This document shows, piece after piece, positions 39,471 to 49,370 of a DNA stretch of 64,000 nt (positions within the stretch are counted from its first letter, which is position 1; every line of letters begins with the position of its first letter). The notes beneath the pieces were generated by a model. It saw only the letters and a program-made list of their open reading frames with translations. It was not told the origin of the DNA and did no database searches. The position numbers were made by a program, and so were the translations under genes. The stretch is taken from the NCBI GenBank assembly GCA_965203055.1, contig OZ241863.1, positions 3,904,001 to 3,968,000 of the forward strand, given 5' to 3'. This stretch comes from Spirochaetia bacterium. Its GTDB lineage: Bacteria; Spirochaetota; Spirochaetia; SZUA-6; Bin103.

Positions 39471-39878
39471 GTGAACGCCGCAGCATCCAGTTCGAACGAC
39501 GACCCGCTGATCACCTGGTTGGTGGGCATCGACGGCGTGGTACCACCGAATTGCGTGGAGGTGGTGCTCGCCGACGGCAGCCGCTACGCGCTGCACTCGA
39601 TGGCCCACCACGACAAACGTACCGGCGCCGCCCTGATGCGCATCTGGGACTTTCGCGCGCTGTCCGACGACGACATGGATAACCTGCGCGAAAAGGTCCA
39701 GACCCTTACCGACGCTGCTTCCCTGGCGCAGCCCGCTACTCTGCACCCGCAGTTGTCCTGGGCCGTGGTACGCTTGCGCCTGGACGACGTGGCGCATTGC
39801 GTGGAGAGCTACGTGCCGCTGTGGCCGGAGCGGCAGGAGCCGCCGCCGGACCGGCCGCGCGGCATCGGCTTTCGGTAG
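39471..39878 (+). CDS. Hypothetical protein ending in IGF motif
   Basis: Coding-like ORF, TACCAT 8 nt upstream, C-terminus RPRGIGFR. Confidence 0.6.
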   Translation: MNAAASSSNDDPLITWLVGIDGVVPPNCVEVVLADGSRYALHSMAHHDKRTGAALMRIWDFRALSDDDMDNLREKVQTLTDAASLAQPATLHPQLSWAVVRLRLDDVAHCVESYVPLWPERQEPPPDRPRGIGFR

Positions 39879-39944
39879 TGCCGCAGGGACAGGCCACGCC
39901 GGGCAGGTCGGCCAGGCGAACGAGGTGCGCGCGCCGCCGATCGC

Positions 39945-40715
39945 TCATCGCGTGCCCCCGTCCACGTCGAGCAGGTAGCGCTGCGCCGGCGACAGCCGGG
40001 CCGCGGTCGGCGGGCGCAGAAAGGCGCGCTGGTCGGTCTGCTGCGCCTGGCCGCGCGGGTTAAAGTAGCAGTGCAGCGCCCGGCGTTGCGCGGCCCGGGT
40101 CCGGTTCAAGGTACCGCCGTGCCAAGTGTAGGAGTTGAACACGGCGACGCTGCCGGCGGGGCCGACCAGCAGTTCCTGCTGCGGGTGCGGCGCCGCGGGG
40201 TCGTCCAGCGCCTCCGCCGGCGGCGGGCGCCGCCAGGAGCCGGGCACTACGCGGGTGCAGCCGTTCTCCGCGCTGAAGTCGTCGAGCATCCACACCGAGT
40301 TGCAGCCGTAGCGCGGCGGGGCCGCGTCGCGCCGCCCGTCCTGATGCAGGGCCTGCAGCCCTTCGCCGGGCAGGGCGTCGCGCGCGTTCAGCGAACCGAG
40401 GTGGAACGGGGCGCCGATTACCTCATGGACCGCGGCCAGCAGCCGCGGATGCGACCACACGCCGTCGAACACGCTGCCCTTGTTCACCAGATCGGCCAGC
40501 CGCCGCGCGCCCGCCTCCTGATGCACCTCCAGGCCTGCCTTGGCCCCCTCCTCCGCCACCAGCTCCTCGAAGCGGGCGCGCAACGCCGCCAGCCACGCCT
40601 GATCGATCACCCCGCGCAGCAGGGTGTATCCTTTGTGCCGCAACTCGCGGCGCTGGCGGTCACTGAGCAACTCGGGCGCTGCCCCCAGCTCCCGGAGACA
40701 CTGATTCATCGTCAT
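39945..40715 (-). CDS. Phytanoyl-CoA dioxygenase (PhyH) family
   Basis: LHQD, NGCTRVVPGS, WHGG..N. Confidence 0.88.
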   Translation of the reverse strand: MTMNQCLRELGAAPELLSDRQRRELRHKGYTLLRGVIDQAWLAALRARFEELVAEEGAKAGLEVHQEAGARRLADLVNKGSVFDGVWSHPRLLAAVHEVIGAPFHLGSLNARDALPGEGLQALHQDGRRDAAPPRYGCNSVWMLDDFSAENGCTRVVPGSWRRPPPAEALDDPAAPHPQQELLVGPAGSVAVFNSYTWHGGTLNRTRAAQRRALHCYFNPRGQAQQTDQRAFLRPPTAARLSPAQRYLLDVDGGTR

Positions 40716-40870
40716 GGCAGTTTCGCAGGAACAGCATGGCGCGCAACGGGCAGACAAGGCAAACGGCGCCGCGCGGGCGTCCTGCGCCGGGTGGCGGCCA
40801 GCGCGGCGGGGCTGCTACCCTGCCGGCGGGCCGCTGCCGGCGCGCGCGGCCGGCATGAGGAGGAGACCGG

Positions 40871-41671
40871 ATGGACTTGGAACTGCAGGGACGCACCGCG
40901 GTGGTGACCGGAGGCAGCCGCGGCATCGGTCGCGCGGTGGCCGCGGAGCTGGCTGCGGCCGGGGTGGCGGTAGTCATCGCGGCGCGCCGGCGCGGGCCGC
41001 TGCAGGCCGCGGCCGAGCAACTGGGCGGCGGCGCGCGCCGGCGGGTGGTCGCGGTGCCGGCGGACACGACCGACGACGCCTCGGTACGCGCCTTGATGCA
41101 ACGCGCGGCCGCGGAGCTGGGCGGCGTCGACATTCTGGTCAACTGCGCGGCGCCGGTGGCGTGGCTGGCCCCCAACCCGCGGCTCGCCGATCTCACCGGC
41201 GATCAGTTCGAGCAGGCGCTGGACGTGAAGGTGATGGGCTACCTGCGCTGTGCGCGGGAGGCCGCCCCGCTCATGCGCCGGCGCGGCTGGGGCCGCATCA
41301 TCAACGTTGCCGGGCTGGCGGCGCGGCGCGCAGGCTCCATAATCGGCAGCATCCGCAACGCCGGGGTGGTGGCGCTCACCAGGAATCTCGCCGCCGAGCT
41401 GGGCGCGCACGGCATCAACGTGACCTGCGTCCATCCCGGGGCCACGCGCACCGAGCTCACCCCGGAGCTGGTCGCGCGGCGCGCCGCGGCGGAGCGCCGG
41501 CCGGCCGCGGCAATCGAACAGGAGCTGGCCGCCGACACGGCGATCGGGCGCATGGTCACGGCGCACGACGTCGCCTGCCTGGTGTGCTTCCTCGCCTCGC
41601 CGCGCTCCGCCGCCCTGCAGGGCGACGTGATAACAGCCGCCGGCGGCGCGAGCGGCGAAATCCGCTATTGA
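40871..41671 (+). CDS. SDR family oxidoreductase, atypical (no YxxxK)
   Basis: TGGSRGIG, DILVN, GSIRNAG in place of YxxxK; strong RBS. Confidence 0.85.
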   Translation: MDLELQGRTAVVTGGSRGIGRAVAAELAAAGVAVVIAARRRGPLQAAAEQLGGGARRRVVAVPADTTDDASVRALMQRAAAELGGVDILVNCAAPVAWLAPNPRLADLTGDQFEQALDVKVMGYLRCAREAAPLMRRRGWGRIINVAGLAARRAGSIIGSIRNAGVVALTRNLAAELGAHGINVTCVHPGATRTELTPELVARRAAAERRPAAAIEQELAADTAIGRMVTAHDVACLVCFLASPRSAALQGDVITAAGGASGEIRY

Positions 41672-41698
41672 GAGCGCTAGCGAGGAGGCGCGGGAGTC

Positions 41699-42721
41699 AT
41701 GCTGTTGAAATTGGGGGTTGCGGGGCTCGGCCACGGCGCCACGCTGCTGCAGGCCAACACGCCGGCCGGCCGGCACCTGCCGCTGCGGGTGACGGCGGTG
41801 TGCGACAGCGACGGCGCGCGGGCGCAGGCCGCGGCCGAGCGCTACGCGGTTCCGGTGGTCACCAGCGACTTTGCCGAGCTGGTGGCGCGCCCGGAGCTGG
41901 ACGTGATCGGCATCTACACTCCCGGCCCGCTGCACGGCGCCCAGATCCTGGCCGCGCTCGACGCCGGCAAGCACGTCATGGTGACCAAGTCGATGGTCTA
42001 CACCATGGCCGAGGCGGAACAGGTGGTGGCGGCGGTCGCGCGCAGCGGGCGGGTGCTGCTGGTGAGCCAGTCGCTGCGCGGGCGGCTCGACTTCCTGGAG
42101 GCCAAGCGCGCCTGCGACGCCGGCGAGATCGGCGAGTTGTTCCTGGCCGAGTCGCACTACGTCCACGACCTGCGCCCGGTGTACGACTACTCGCCGTGGC
42201 GGGTGGAGATGCCTCAGGACCTGCTCCTCGGCGGCGCTTGCCACCCGATCGACCTGCTGCGCTGGTTCATGGGCGACATCGACGAGGTGCACTGCTACGG
42301 ACTGCGCAGCGGCCTGGCGCCCGACTACCCGCAGGAGGACAACTTCGTGGTCAACGTGCGCTTTGCCAGCGGCAAGATCGGCCGCATCGCCGCGTTCCTG
42401 GGGGTGGTGGAACCGCCCGCCGCAGCGATGAACGAGCTCACCGTATACGGCACCCGCGGCACCCTGCGCAATGCCCGCAAGCGGATTGACGGCGCCGGCT
42501 ACCTGCCGGCGCGCTCCTCCGAGGTGACCTTCTCCGGCACCCTCCCATTGGGCCATCACCAGGAGATGCTGGTGCTGATGGAGCACTTGGCGGACTGCAT
42601 TCTGCACGGCCGCTCACCCTGGGTCGGGGCGCGCGAAGGCGCGCGGGTGGTAGCCACCGGCCTGGCGTGCTGGGAGTCGCTGCGCCGCGGGCGGCCGGCA
42701 CGGGTGCGCAATGAGTTCTGA
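41699..42721 (+). CDS. Gfo/Idh/MocA oxidoreductase
   Basis: GVAGLG, AGKHVMVTK, CHPIDL. Confidence 0.85.
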   Translation: MLLKLGVAGLGHGATLLQANTPAGRHLPLRVTAVCDSDGARAQAAAERYAVPVVTSDFAELVARPELDVIGIYTPGPLHGAQILAALDAGKHVMVTKSMVYTMAEAEQVVAAVARSGRVLLVSQSLRGRLDFLEAKRACDAGEIGELFLAESHYVHDLRPVYDYSPWRVEMPQDLLLGGACHPIDLLRWFMGDIDEVHCYGLRSGLAPDYPQEDNFVVNVRFASGKIGRIAAFLGVVEPPAAAMNELTVYGTRGTLRNARKRIDGAGYLPARSSEVTFSGTLPLGHHQEMLVLMEHLADCILHGRSPWVGAREGARVVATGLACWESLRRGRPARVRNEF

Positions 42722-43325
42722 GCCGGGCGCCGGGCAGCCGCAGCTCAAGATGCGGTTTGGCGCCTTTGCCGGGTTGGCGCCGGTGCGGCTGGCGCCGGCC
42801 TGCGCATTGGCGACGCTGGCGCAGCGCGGCGCGGAGGAGTGGATCGCGGTGCTCAACGCCACCGGCCATCTCGGCGCCTGGGACGACCGCCGCGCCGAGG
42901 CGGCCCTGGCGGGCGAACGCCCGGTGCTGGCGGCCGGCACCTATCTGATCCTGGCCGCCGGCCGCGCGGTCGCCACCGCCTGCACCATACCGCCGACGCC
43001 GGCCGAGTCACGCTCCGAGCTGGGCTGGGTGGCGGTGGCGCCGAGCCATCAGGGACGCGGCCTGGGATTGCAGGTATGCCGCGCGGTGCTGTGGTACGCG
43101 CGCCGCCGCGGCTGGCCGGCCACCATGCTCTACACCGACGACTGGCGGCTGCCGGCCATCAAGACCTATCTGAAACTCGGCTTCGAGCCGGAGCTGACCC
43201 ACGCCAGCCACCGCGCCCGCTGGCAGGCGATCCGGCGCCGGCTCGACGCCGGGCCGGCCCGGCTCAGCGCCGGCGCGCCAGGTGAGCCGCGGCGCCGCGC
43301 ACCAGGGCCGCCAGCAACCAGATGA
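42711..43325 (+). CDS. GNAT N-acetyltransferase
   Basis: WVAVAPSHQGRGLG, AIKTYLKLGF. Confidence 0.85.
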   Translation: MSSEPGAGQPQLKMRFGAFAGLAPVRLAPACALATLAQRGAEEWIAVLNATGHLGAWDDRRAEAALAGERPVLAAGTYLILAAGRAVATACTIPPTPAESRSELGWVAVAPSHQGRGLGLQVCRAVLWYARRRGWPATMLYTDDWRLPAIKTYLKLGFEPELTHASHRARWQAIRRRLDAGPARLSAGAPGEPRRRAPGPPATR

Positions 43326-43536
43326 AGAACAGGAGCAGCAGCAACGCCATGAAGCCCAGCCCGAGCGCCACCGCCACCCGGCCCGCGAGCGGGGTGGGCG
43401 CGCTGAGGAGGGCGCCCACCACCCGCGCCAAGCGCCCGCCGCCGGCCACCGCCACCGCCGCCATGATCGCCATGGCCAGCAGCCACACCACGAGATTGAC
43501 GACCGGATGGGCAGTCCTGCGGTCGCGCTCCGCCAT
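43264..43536 (-). CDS. Small two-helix membrane protein
   Basis: Two hydrophobic segments; TATGCT upstream. Confidence 0.5.
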   Translation of the reverse strand: MAERDRRTAHPVVNLVVWLLAMAIMAAVAVAGGGRLARVVGALLSAPTPLAGRVAVALGLGFMALLLLLFFIWLLAALVRGAAAHLARRR

Positions 43537-43565
43537 GCCGCCGGCAGCATACCCTGAAATCGGCC

Positions 43566-44879
43566 ATGCCTGATCGGCCTGAGCGGCCCAACCTGTTGCT
43601 GCTGCTTCCCGATCAGCACCGCGCCGACTGGCTGGCCGGCGGCGGCCTGCCGCTGCGCACGCCGACGCTGGCGCGGCTGGCGGAGCGGGGCGTTTCCTTT
43701 ACGCGCGCCTACTGCACCGCGCCGCTGTGCGCCCCGTCGCGCGCCAGTCTCGCGGCCGGGCGCCACTACGCCCACTGCGGCGTACCCGGCAACGGCCACG
43801 ACTACCCGCTGCGGCAGCCGACCTTCTACCAAGCGTTGCGCGCCGCCGGCTACCGCGTCGCCGGGGTCGGCAAGTTCGACCTGCACAAGGACATCAGCGA
43901 CCCGGCCAAGCTCTGGTGGGAGCTGGACGGCTCGCGGTTGCTGGCCGAATGGGGGTTCACCGACGGCATCGACAGCGAGGGCAAGCTGGATGGCAGCCGT
44001 TCCTACCGCGCCGCGGGCGCGCCGCGCGGCCCCTACCTGAAGATGCTCCACGAGCGCGACCTCGCGCAGCGCTACGTGCAGGAACACGCCGCCCGCCGCG
44101 AGCACCTGGGAGGCTACGTCACCGCGCTCCCGGACGACGCCTACGGCGACAACTGGGTGGCCGGCAACGCCCTGCGGGTGCTGCGGGAGCTGCCGCGCGC
44201 CGCGCCCTGGTTCCTGCAGGTGAACTTCCTCGGCCCGCACGATCCGTTCGACGTCACGGCTTCGATGCGCGCCCGCTGGGAACGGGTCCAGTTCCCGCTG
44301 CCGCACGCCAACGAGCACCCCGACCGCGCCGCGCTGCTGCGCGCCCGGCAGAACTACGCCGCGATGATCGAGAACATCGACGCTTGGTGCGGGCGGCTGC
44401 TGGACGCGGTGGCCGCGCGCGGCGAGCTGCGGAACACCATCGTGGTGTACGCCTCGGACCACGGCGAGATGCTCGGCGACCACGGCCGCTGGGGCAAGAG
44501 CACCTGGCGGGAGGCGGCGGTACGGGTACCGCTGCTGGCCGCCGGGCCCGGCTGCGCGCAGGGCGCGGTGTCGAACGCGCTGGTGAGTCTGCATGACCTG
44601 GCCGCCACTTTTCTGGACTACGCCGCGGCGGCGCCGTTGCCGGCCATGGACGCGGTGTCGCTGCGCCCGCTGCTGGAGGGGCGCCGCCGCCGCCATCGGC
44701 CGGTAGCCGTAGCCGGCCTGGCCGGGTGGCGCATGGCCACCGACGAACGCTACAAACTGGTGCTCGATCCGGCCCACCGGCCGCTTCTGTTCGACCGCAG
44801 CGCCGACCCGCTGGAGGAGCACGATCTCGCCGCCGCCCGGCCGGAGGTGGCGGACCACCTGCGGCTGCATCTGGTCTGA
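43566..44879 (+). CDS. Formylglycine-type sulfatase
   Basis: PNLLLLLPDQHR, CAPSR (CxPxR), GPHDP, SDHGEMLGDHG..GK. Confidence 0.92.
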   Translation: MPDRPERPNLLLLLPDQHRADWLAGGGLPLRTPTLARLAERGVSFTRAYCTAPLCAPSRASLAAGRHYAHCGVPGNGHDYPLRQPTFYQALRAAGYRVAGVGKFDLHKDISDPAKLWWELDGSRLLAEWGFTDGIDSEGKLDGSRSYRAAGAPRGPYLKMLHERDLAQRYVQEHAARREHLGGYVTALPDDAYGDNWVAGNALRVLRELPRAAPWFLQVNFLGPHDPFDVTASMRARWERVQFPLPHANEHPDRAALLRARQNYAAMIENIDAWCGRLLDAVAARGELRNTIVVYASDHGEMLGDHGRWGKSTWREAAVRVPLLAAGPGCAQGAVSNALVSLHDLAATFLDYAAAAPLPAMDAVSLRPLLEGRRRRHRPVAVAGLAGWRMATDERYKLVLDPAHRPLLFDRSADPLEEHDLAAARPEVADHLRLHLV

Positions 44880-45041
44880 CCGTGGCCGGCCGCTTTCAGG
44901 GTCCGGTGGCCGGGGCGTCGAACACCGCGCCCACGTCCTTGCGCGCCCACCCGCGGGTGCGATAGCTCCACAGCGTCATCGCTTGTTCCTCGTACAGTTC
45001 CACCCGGCAAGCGGCATCTCGACGGCATAGCGCTCTGCTCG

Positions 45042-45575
45042 TTATCTGCGGGCCTCGCGGCGGGCGGCTACCGCAAACTCGAAGATCTCCGTGAGCCAGG
45101 CGGGCTTGGGCGGCGGCTCGGGGGCGTCGAGGCAGGTTTCGACCTCATGCCATGCGGCTGCCTGGTCGGGCGAGCGCAGCCAGCGGCGCCGGGCGGCGCG
45201 GGTTTCGGCGCCGGCGGTGAGCAGCGTATGCAGCAGGTCGATCTGCCGAGCGCGGCGGATGCGGCGCCGCATCACGGCGGCCTCGCGGTCGCGGTCCCAT
45301 TGGGGCGCGCCGGGGATGGTCCGCGGCCGGTGCTTGGTAAGATACTCGACCGCGTCGTCCTCCAGCATTCCCAGGAGCGAGCCGCGGCCGGGATAGTCCA
45401 GCGTCCGGTAGTAGCGCAGCAACCAACGCACGGCGTCTTCGTCGGACAGTTCCTTTGAGCTGATGATCTCATGGGTGATGCGCCAGGGGCTGGTTCCGCG
45501 CGGCAGCAGCATGAACCACACCAGCCCCATCAGTCCGATCATCGCCGCCGGCAACAATCCCAGAACCACGTCCAT
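45042..45575 (-). CDS. Hypothetical protein with N-terminal membrane anchor
   Basis: N-terminal hydrophobic helix; no family motif. Confidence 0.55.
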   Translation of the reverse strand: MDVVLGLLPAAMIGLMGLVWFMLLPRGTSPWRITHEIISSKELSDEDAVRWLLRYYRTLDYPGRGSLLGMLEDDAVEYLTKHRPRTIPGAPQWDRDREAAVMRRRIRRARQIDLLHTLLTAGAETRAARRRWLRSPDQAAAWHEVETCLDAPEPPPKPAWLTEIFEFAVAARREARR

Positions 45576-45604
45576 GGCGCCAGTCAGCCGCTACCGCAGC
45601 GCGG

Positions 45605-46000
45605 TCACGCCAAGTTGTCCGGGCCGAACGAGGCGGGCAGCAGGTCGGCCAGGGTGAAGCGCCGGCGCAGGCCGTCCGGGCCGCACACCAGGATCGGGAC
45701 CGTGTCGGCGGCGAACTCGCGGATCTTCTGGCGGCAGCCGCCGCAGGGGGTGCACAGTTGGCCGCCGCCGCCGGCAACCGCGAGCGCGGTGATGCGGCGC
45801 TCGCCGGCCATGACCAGCGCCGCGATCGCCGCGGCCTCGGCGCAGATGCCCTCCGGGTAGGCGGCGTTCTCGACGTTGCAGCCCTGGTAGACGGCCCCGC
45901 TCTCCGCCTGCACCGCGGCGCCGACGTGGAATCCCGAATAGGGGGCGTAGGCCGCGGCCCGCGCGGCAATCGCGGCGGCGATAGTGGCGTCGGCGTCCAT
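45605..46000 (-). CDS. cdd: Cytidine deaminase
   Basis: AYAPYSGFHVGAA, NVENAAY, CAE, PCGGCRQ. Confidence 0.95.
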   Translation of the reverse strand: MDADATIAAAIAARAAAYAPYSGFHVGAAVQAESGAVYQGCNVENAAYPEGICAEAAAIAALVMAGERRITALAVAGGGGQLCTPCGGCRQKIREFAADTVPILVCGPDGLRRRFTLADLLPASFGPDNLA

Positions 46001-46004
46001 TCGC

Positions 46005-46997
46005 CTACCGGGCCGCCAGCTCCGAGAACTGGGCGCCGGCGTGGTAGGAGGAGCGCACCAAGGGGCCGGCCTCGCAGTGCATGAAGCCCATAGCGCGCGC
46101 CGCGGCCCGCAGCGCCGCGAACTCGTCGGGATGCCAGTAGCGCACCACGGTCTGCTGCTGCGCGGTGGGCTGCAGGTACTGGCCGAGGTTGACGATCTGC
46201 ACGCCGGCGGCGCGCAGGTCGCGCAGCGTAGCCAGCACCTCCTCGGTGGTCTCGCCGAGGCCCACCATCAGGCTGGACTTGATCAGCAGGTCCGGGGCCA
46301 GGCCGCGCGCCGTCTCCAGGAAGCCCAGCGAGCGCTCGTAGGTGGAGTGGGAGCGCACCAGTCGGGTCAGCCGCGGCACCGTCTCGACGTTGTGGGACAG
46401 TACTTCGGGCGCCGCCGCGGCCACGGTGGCAATCGCTTCCCGGTCGCCGCCCAGATCGGAGGTGAGCAGCTCCACGCTGCAGCGCGAGACCGCGCGCACC
46501 GCCGCTACCGTGGCGGCGCATACCTCGGCGCCGCCGTCCCGCAGATCGTCGCGCGCGACCATGGTAACGACCACGTGGCGCAGCTCCATCGCGGCGACGG
46601 CCGCGGCTACCCGCTCCGGTTCGGCCAAGTCCAGTTCGGTCGGCAGGCCGGTGGCCACGGAGCAGAAGCGGCAGCGCCGGGTGCACACGCTGCCCAGGAT
46701 CATGAAGGTGGCGGTGCGGTGCGCGCCCCAGCACTCGTGGATGTTCGGACAGCGCGCTTCCTCGCACACGGTTGCGAGCCGGTTGGCGCGCAGCAGGCGG
46801 CGTACTTCCCCGAAGGCGGCGCTGGCCCGCGGGCGGGTGCGCAGCCAGGCGGGTTTGCGCTGATACGCCGCGGCGGCCGGCGGGGCCGGCGCCGCGGGCG
46901 GAGGCGCTACGGTTGAGGTTGTCGTTTCCGGTGCGATGACGAACCGCCTGCAAGTCCCTTGAAATCCCTCCGGGTCTGGACCGGAGGACGCCAACAA
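46005..46997 (-). CDS. lipA: Lipoyl synthase (start uncertain)
   Basis: KPAWL, CEEARCPNIHEC, CTRRCRFC, HNVETV, RSSYHA. Confidence 0.95.
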   Translation of the reverse strand: MLASSGPDPEGFQGTCRRFVIAPETTTSTVAPPPAAPAPPAAAAYQRKPAWLRTRPRASAAFGEVRRLLRANRLATVCEEARCPNIHECWGAHRTATFMILGSVCTRRCRFCSVATGLPTELDLAEPERVAAAVAAMELRHVVVTMVARDDLRDGGAEVCAATVAAVRAVSRCSVELLTSDLGGDREAIATVAAAAPEVLSHNVETVPRLTRLVRSHSTYERSLGFLETARGLAPDLLIKSSLMVGLGETTEEVLATLRDLRAAGVQIVNLGQYLQPTAQQQTVVRYWHPDEFAALRAAARAMGFMHCEAGPLVRSSYHAGAQFSELAAR

Positions 46998-47014
46998 ACG
47001 TAGGGTGAGGGGCC

Positions 47015-48028
47015 GTGCAAGTCAATTCGTTCTGGGACACCCTGCCGCGCCCGATGCTGCTGCTGGCGCCGATGGCCAACGTCACCGACACCGCGTTCCG
47101 GCAGATCATCGCGCGCTGCGGCCGGCCCGACCTGATGATGACCGAGTTCACCTCCTGCGAAGGGCTGTGTTCGCGCGGGCGCGAGCGGCTGCTGGCGGAG
47201 CTCGCCTTCCATCCCAGCGAGCGCCCGCTGGTGGTGCAGTTCTTCGGCCCGCGGCCGGAGACCTTCTACCAATGCGCCCAGCTCGCGCGCCGCCTCGGCT
47301 TCGACGGCATCGACATAAACACCGGCTGCCCGGACCGGCGCGTGCTGAGGCAGGGCGCCGGCGCCGCGCTGATCGCCGACCCCGGCCGCATGCGCGAGAT
47401 CTACGCTGCCGCGCGCGACGGCGCGGGCGGTCTGCCGGTGTCGATCAAGACCCGGCTCGGCATCGAGCGCGACATCCTCGACCAGTGGCTTGGGGTACTG
47501 CTGGAGTTGCGCCCCGCGGCCATCACCCTGCACGCGCGCACCGTGCGCGAGCTGTCGAACACCGCCGCCCACTGGGACGCGGTAGGGCGCGCCGTCCGCC
47601 AGGCGCGCGGCAGCGGCGTCCCGATCATCGGCAACGGCGACGCGCGCGACCCCGTCCATGCCCGCGAACTGGCCGCTGCGACCGGCGCCGACGGGGTGAT
47701 GTTGGGGCGCGCCATCTTCGGCAATCCGTGGCTGTTCCACCCGACCGTGACCAAGCAGCAACTCGGCCTCGACGCGGTACTGGAGGTGATGCTGGAGCAC
47801 GCCGGGTTGTTCGACCGGCTGCTAGGCGAGGTACGCCCGTTCGTCGAGATGCGGCGCCACTTCAAGGCCTACCTGAGCGGATTTCCCGGCACGAAGTCGT
47901 TGCGCGTCGCGCTGATGGAGACCGCCGATCTCGCCGCCGCGCAGGCGGTGGTGCAACAGTTCCGCGCCGGCTCGGCGCCGCGGCCCGCTCGCTCCGCTCG
48001 GGAGCTGGTTTCCGCCGCCGCTTCGTAG
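47015..48028 (+). CDS. dus: tRNA-dihydrouridine synthase
   Basis: LAPMANVTD, DINTGCP, SIKTRLG, LHART, IIGNGD, GVMLGR. Confidence 0.92.
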   Translation: MQVNSFWDTLPRPMLLLAPMANVTDTAFRQIIARCGRPDLMMTEFTSCEGLCSRGRERLLAELAFHPSERPLVVQFFGPRPETFYQCAQLARRLGFDGIDINTGCPDRRVLRQGAGAALIADPGRMREIYAAARDGAGGLPVSIKTRLGIERDILDQWLGVLLELRPAAITLHARTVRELSNTAAHWDAVGRAVRQARGSGVPIIGNGDARDPVHARELAAATGADGVMLGRAIFGNPWLFHPTVTKQQLGLDAVLEVMLEHAGLFDRLLGEVRPFVEMRRHFKAYLSGFPGTKSLRVALMETADLAAAQAVVQQFRAGSAPRPARSARELVSAAAS

Positions 48029-48099
48029 AAGCCCGCCGCGCGCGGCGGAGACGCCGGCCGGCCAAGCGGGCTATAACGGGGGGAGCAGGGGGATGCGCG

Positions 48100-48807
48100 A
48101 TGTATGATCTGACGGGGAAGATTGCGCTGGTGACCGGCGCCAGCCGGGGCATCGGCCTGCACGTCGCCCGCGCGCTGGCCGCGGCGGGGGCGCGGGTGGT
48201 GGTGACCGGTCGTTCGCGCGCTCGCCTGGAGCCGGCGGCGGCGACCATCGCCGGAACGTGTCTGCCGCTGGTGTGCGATCAGTCGGACCCGAGCGCCATC
48301 GAAGCGCTCGCCGAAGCGGTGCAGGAGCGGTGGGGGGCGCCGGACATCCTGGTGAACAACGCCGGCGGCGGGGGCGGCGGTCCGGTCCCGCGGATGGCAT
48401 TGCAGGAGTGGCAGCGGGTGATTGCCACCAACCTGACCGGCGTGTTCTATACGACGCGCTGCTTCCTGCCGGGGATGCTGCGCAAGGAGCGGGGCGACAT
48501 CTTCATCATCAGCTCGATGAGCGGAAAGAAGGGTTCGCCCGGGGCCGCGGCGTACGCGGCCAGCAAGTTCGGTCTGCAGGGCTTCGCTCAGTCGCTGCTG
48601 TATGACGTGCGCCGCTCCAACATCCGGGTGATGGTGATCAATCCGAGCCGGACCGATACCGGTGAGGACACGAGCCCGCCGCACGGACCGGGCGTCCACC
48701 TGCACGCCGCGGACATCGCCGCCACCATCGTGCACCTCGCACGTCTGCCCGGCCGCACGCTGGTGCGCGACCTGGACGTTTGGGGCACCAATCCGTTTCG
48801 GCCGTGA
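48100..48807 (+). CDS. SDR family oxidoreductase
   Basis: TGASRGIG, NNAG, YAASK. Confidence 0.88.
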   Translation: MYDLTGKIALVTGASRGIGLHVARALAAAGARVVVTGRSRARLEPAAATIAGTCLPLVCDQSDPSAIEALAEAVQERWGAPDILVNNAGGGGGGPVPRMALQEWQRVIATNLTGVFYTTRCFLPGMLRKERGDIFIISSMSGKKGSPGAAAYAASKFGLQGFAQSLLYDVRRSNIRVMVINPSRTDTGEDTSPPHGPGVHLHAADIAATIVHLARLPGRTLVRDLDVWGTNPFRP

Positions 48808-48814
48808 CCGGCTT

Positions 48815-49321
48815 TCAGCGGCGCGCGATGCCGGCGGCGCGCAGGGCGGCGCACCACTCGGCAAGTGCCTGCGCGCGTGACTCCGGGGTGTTCCAGTGCC
48901 GCGGCCGCGGGCTGGTCGACGGCAGCGCCACCGCGCCGGCGTCCAGCTCTGCAAAGTGCCGCCGCCACTCGCGGGCGCGGCGTCCGTTGAGCAGGATCGG
49001 GAACGGACCGCGTTCCGCCAGCAGCGTTCCGATCGGGTTGGGCTCGGCATCCGTGATGCGGTCGTCGCCGGAGCCGGGCCGGCGTACCCGGGCATAGAGG
49101 TCCCAGACCGCCAACCCGCGGCGGCGCAGCGCCGCGATCCGTTCGGCGTAGGGCGCGGCGTGGTCGGCGATGACGCCGCAGTGGGCCAGTACGCGCCAGA
49201 ACCAGTTGTGCGGGTTGCCGTAGTACTGGCCCGCCTCGAGGGAGGCGACGCTCGGAAACGAGCCGAGCAGCAGCGCCCGGATCGGCCCGGCCGGCAGGAT
49301 CGGAGGCAGCCCGGCAAGCAG
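48815..49321 (-). CDS. Uracil-DNA glycosylase superfamily (family 6 / deoxyinosine glycosylase-like); probable CTG start
   Basis: Manual translation: LLLGSFPSVASL..QYYGNPHNWFW...VWD...SGD...NG...LPSTSP; the frame extends beyond the ORF-track TTG. Confidence 0.8.
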   Translation of the reverse strand: MLAGLPPILPAGPIRALLLGSFPSVASLEAGQYYGNPHNWFWRVLAHCGVIADHAAPYAERIAALRRRGLAVWDLYARVRRPGSGDDRITDAEPNPIGTLLAERGPFPILLNGRRAREWRRHFAELDAGAVALPSTSPRPRHWNTPESRAQALAEWCAALRAAGIARR

Positions 49322-49370
49322 CGGCGCGGCAGGATCGGCAGGCTGCCCGGAATGGGCCGGCCGGCGGCGG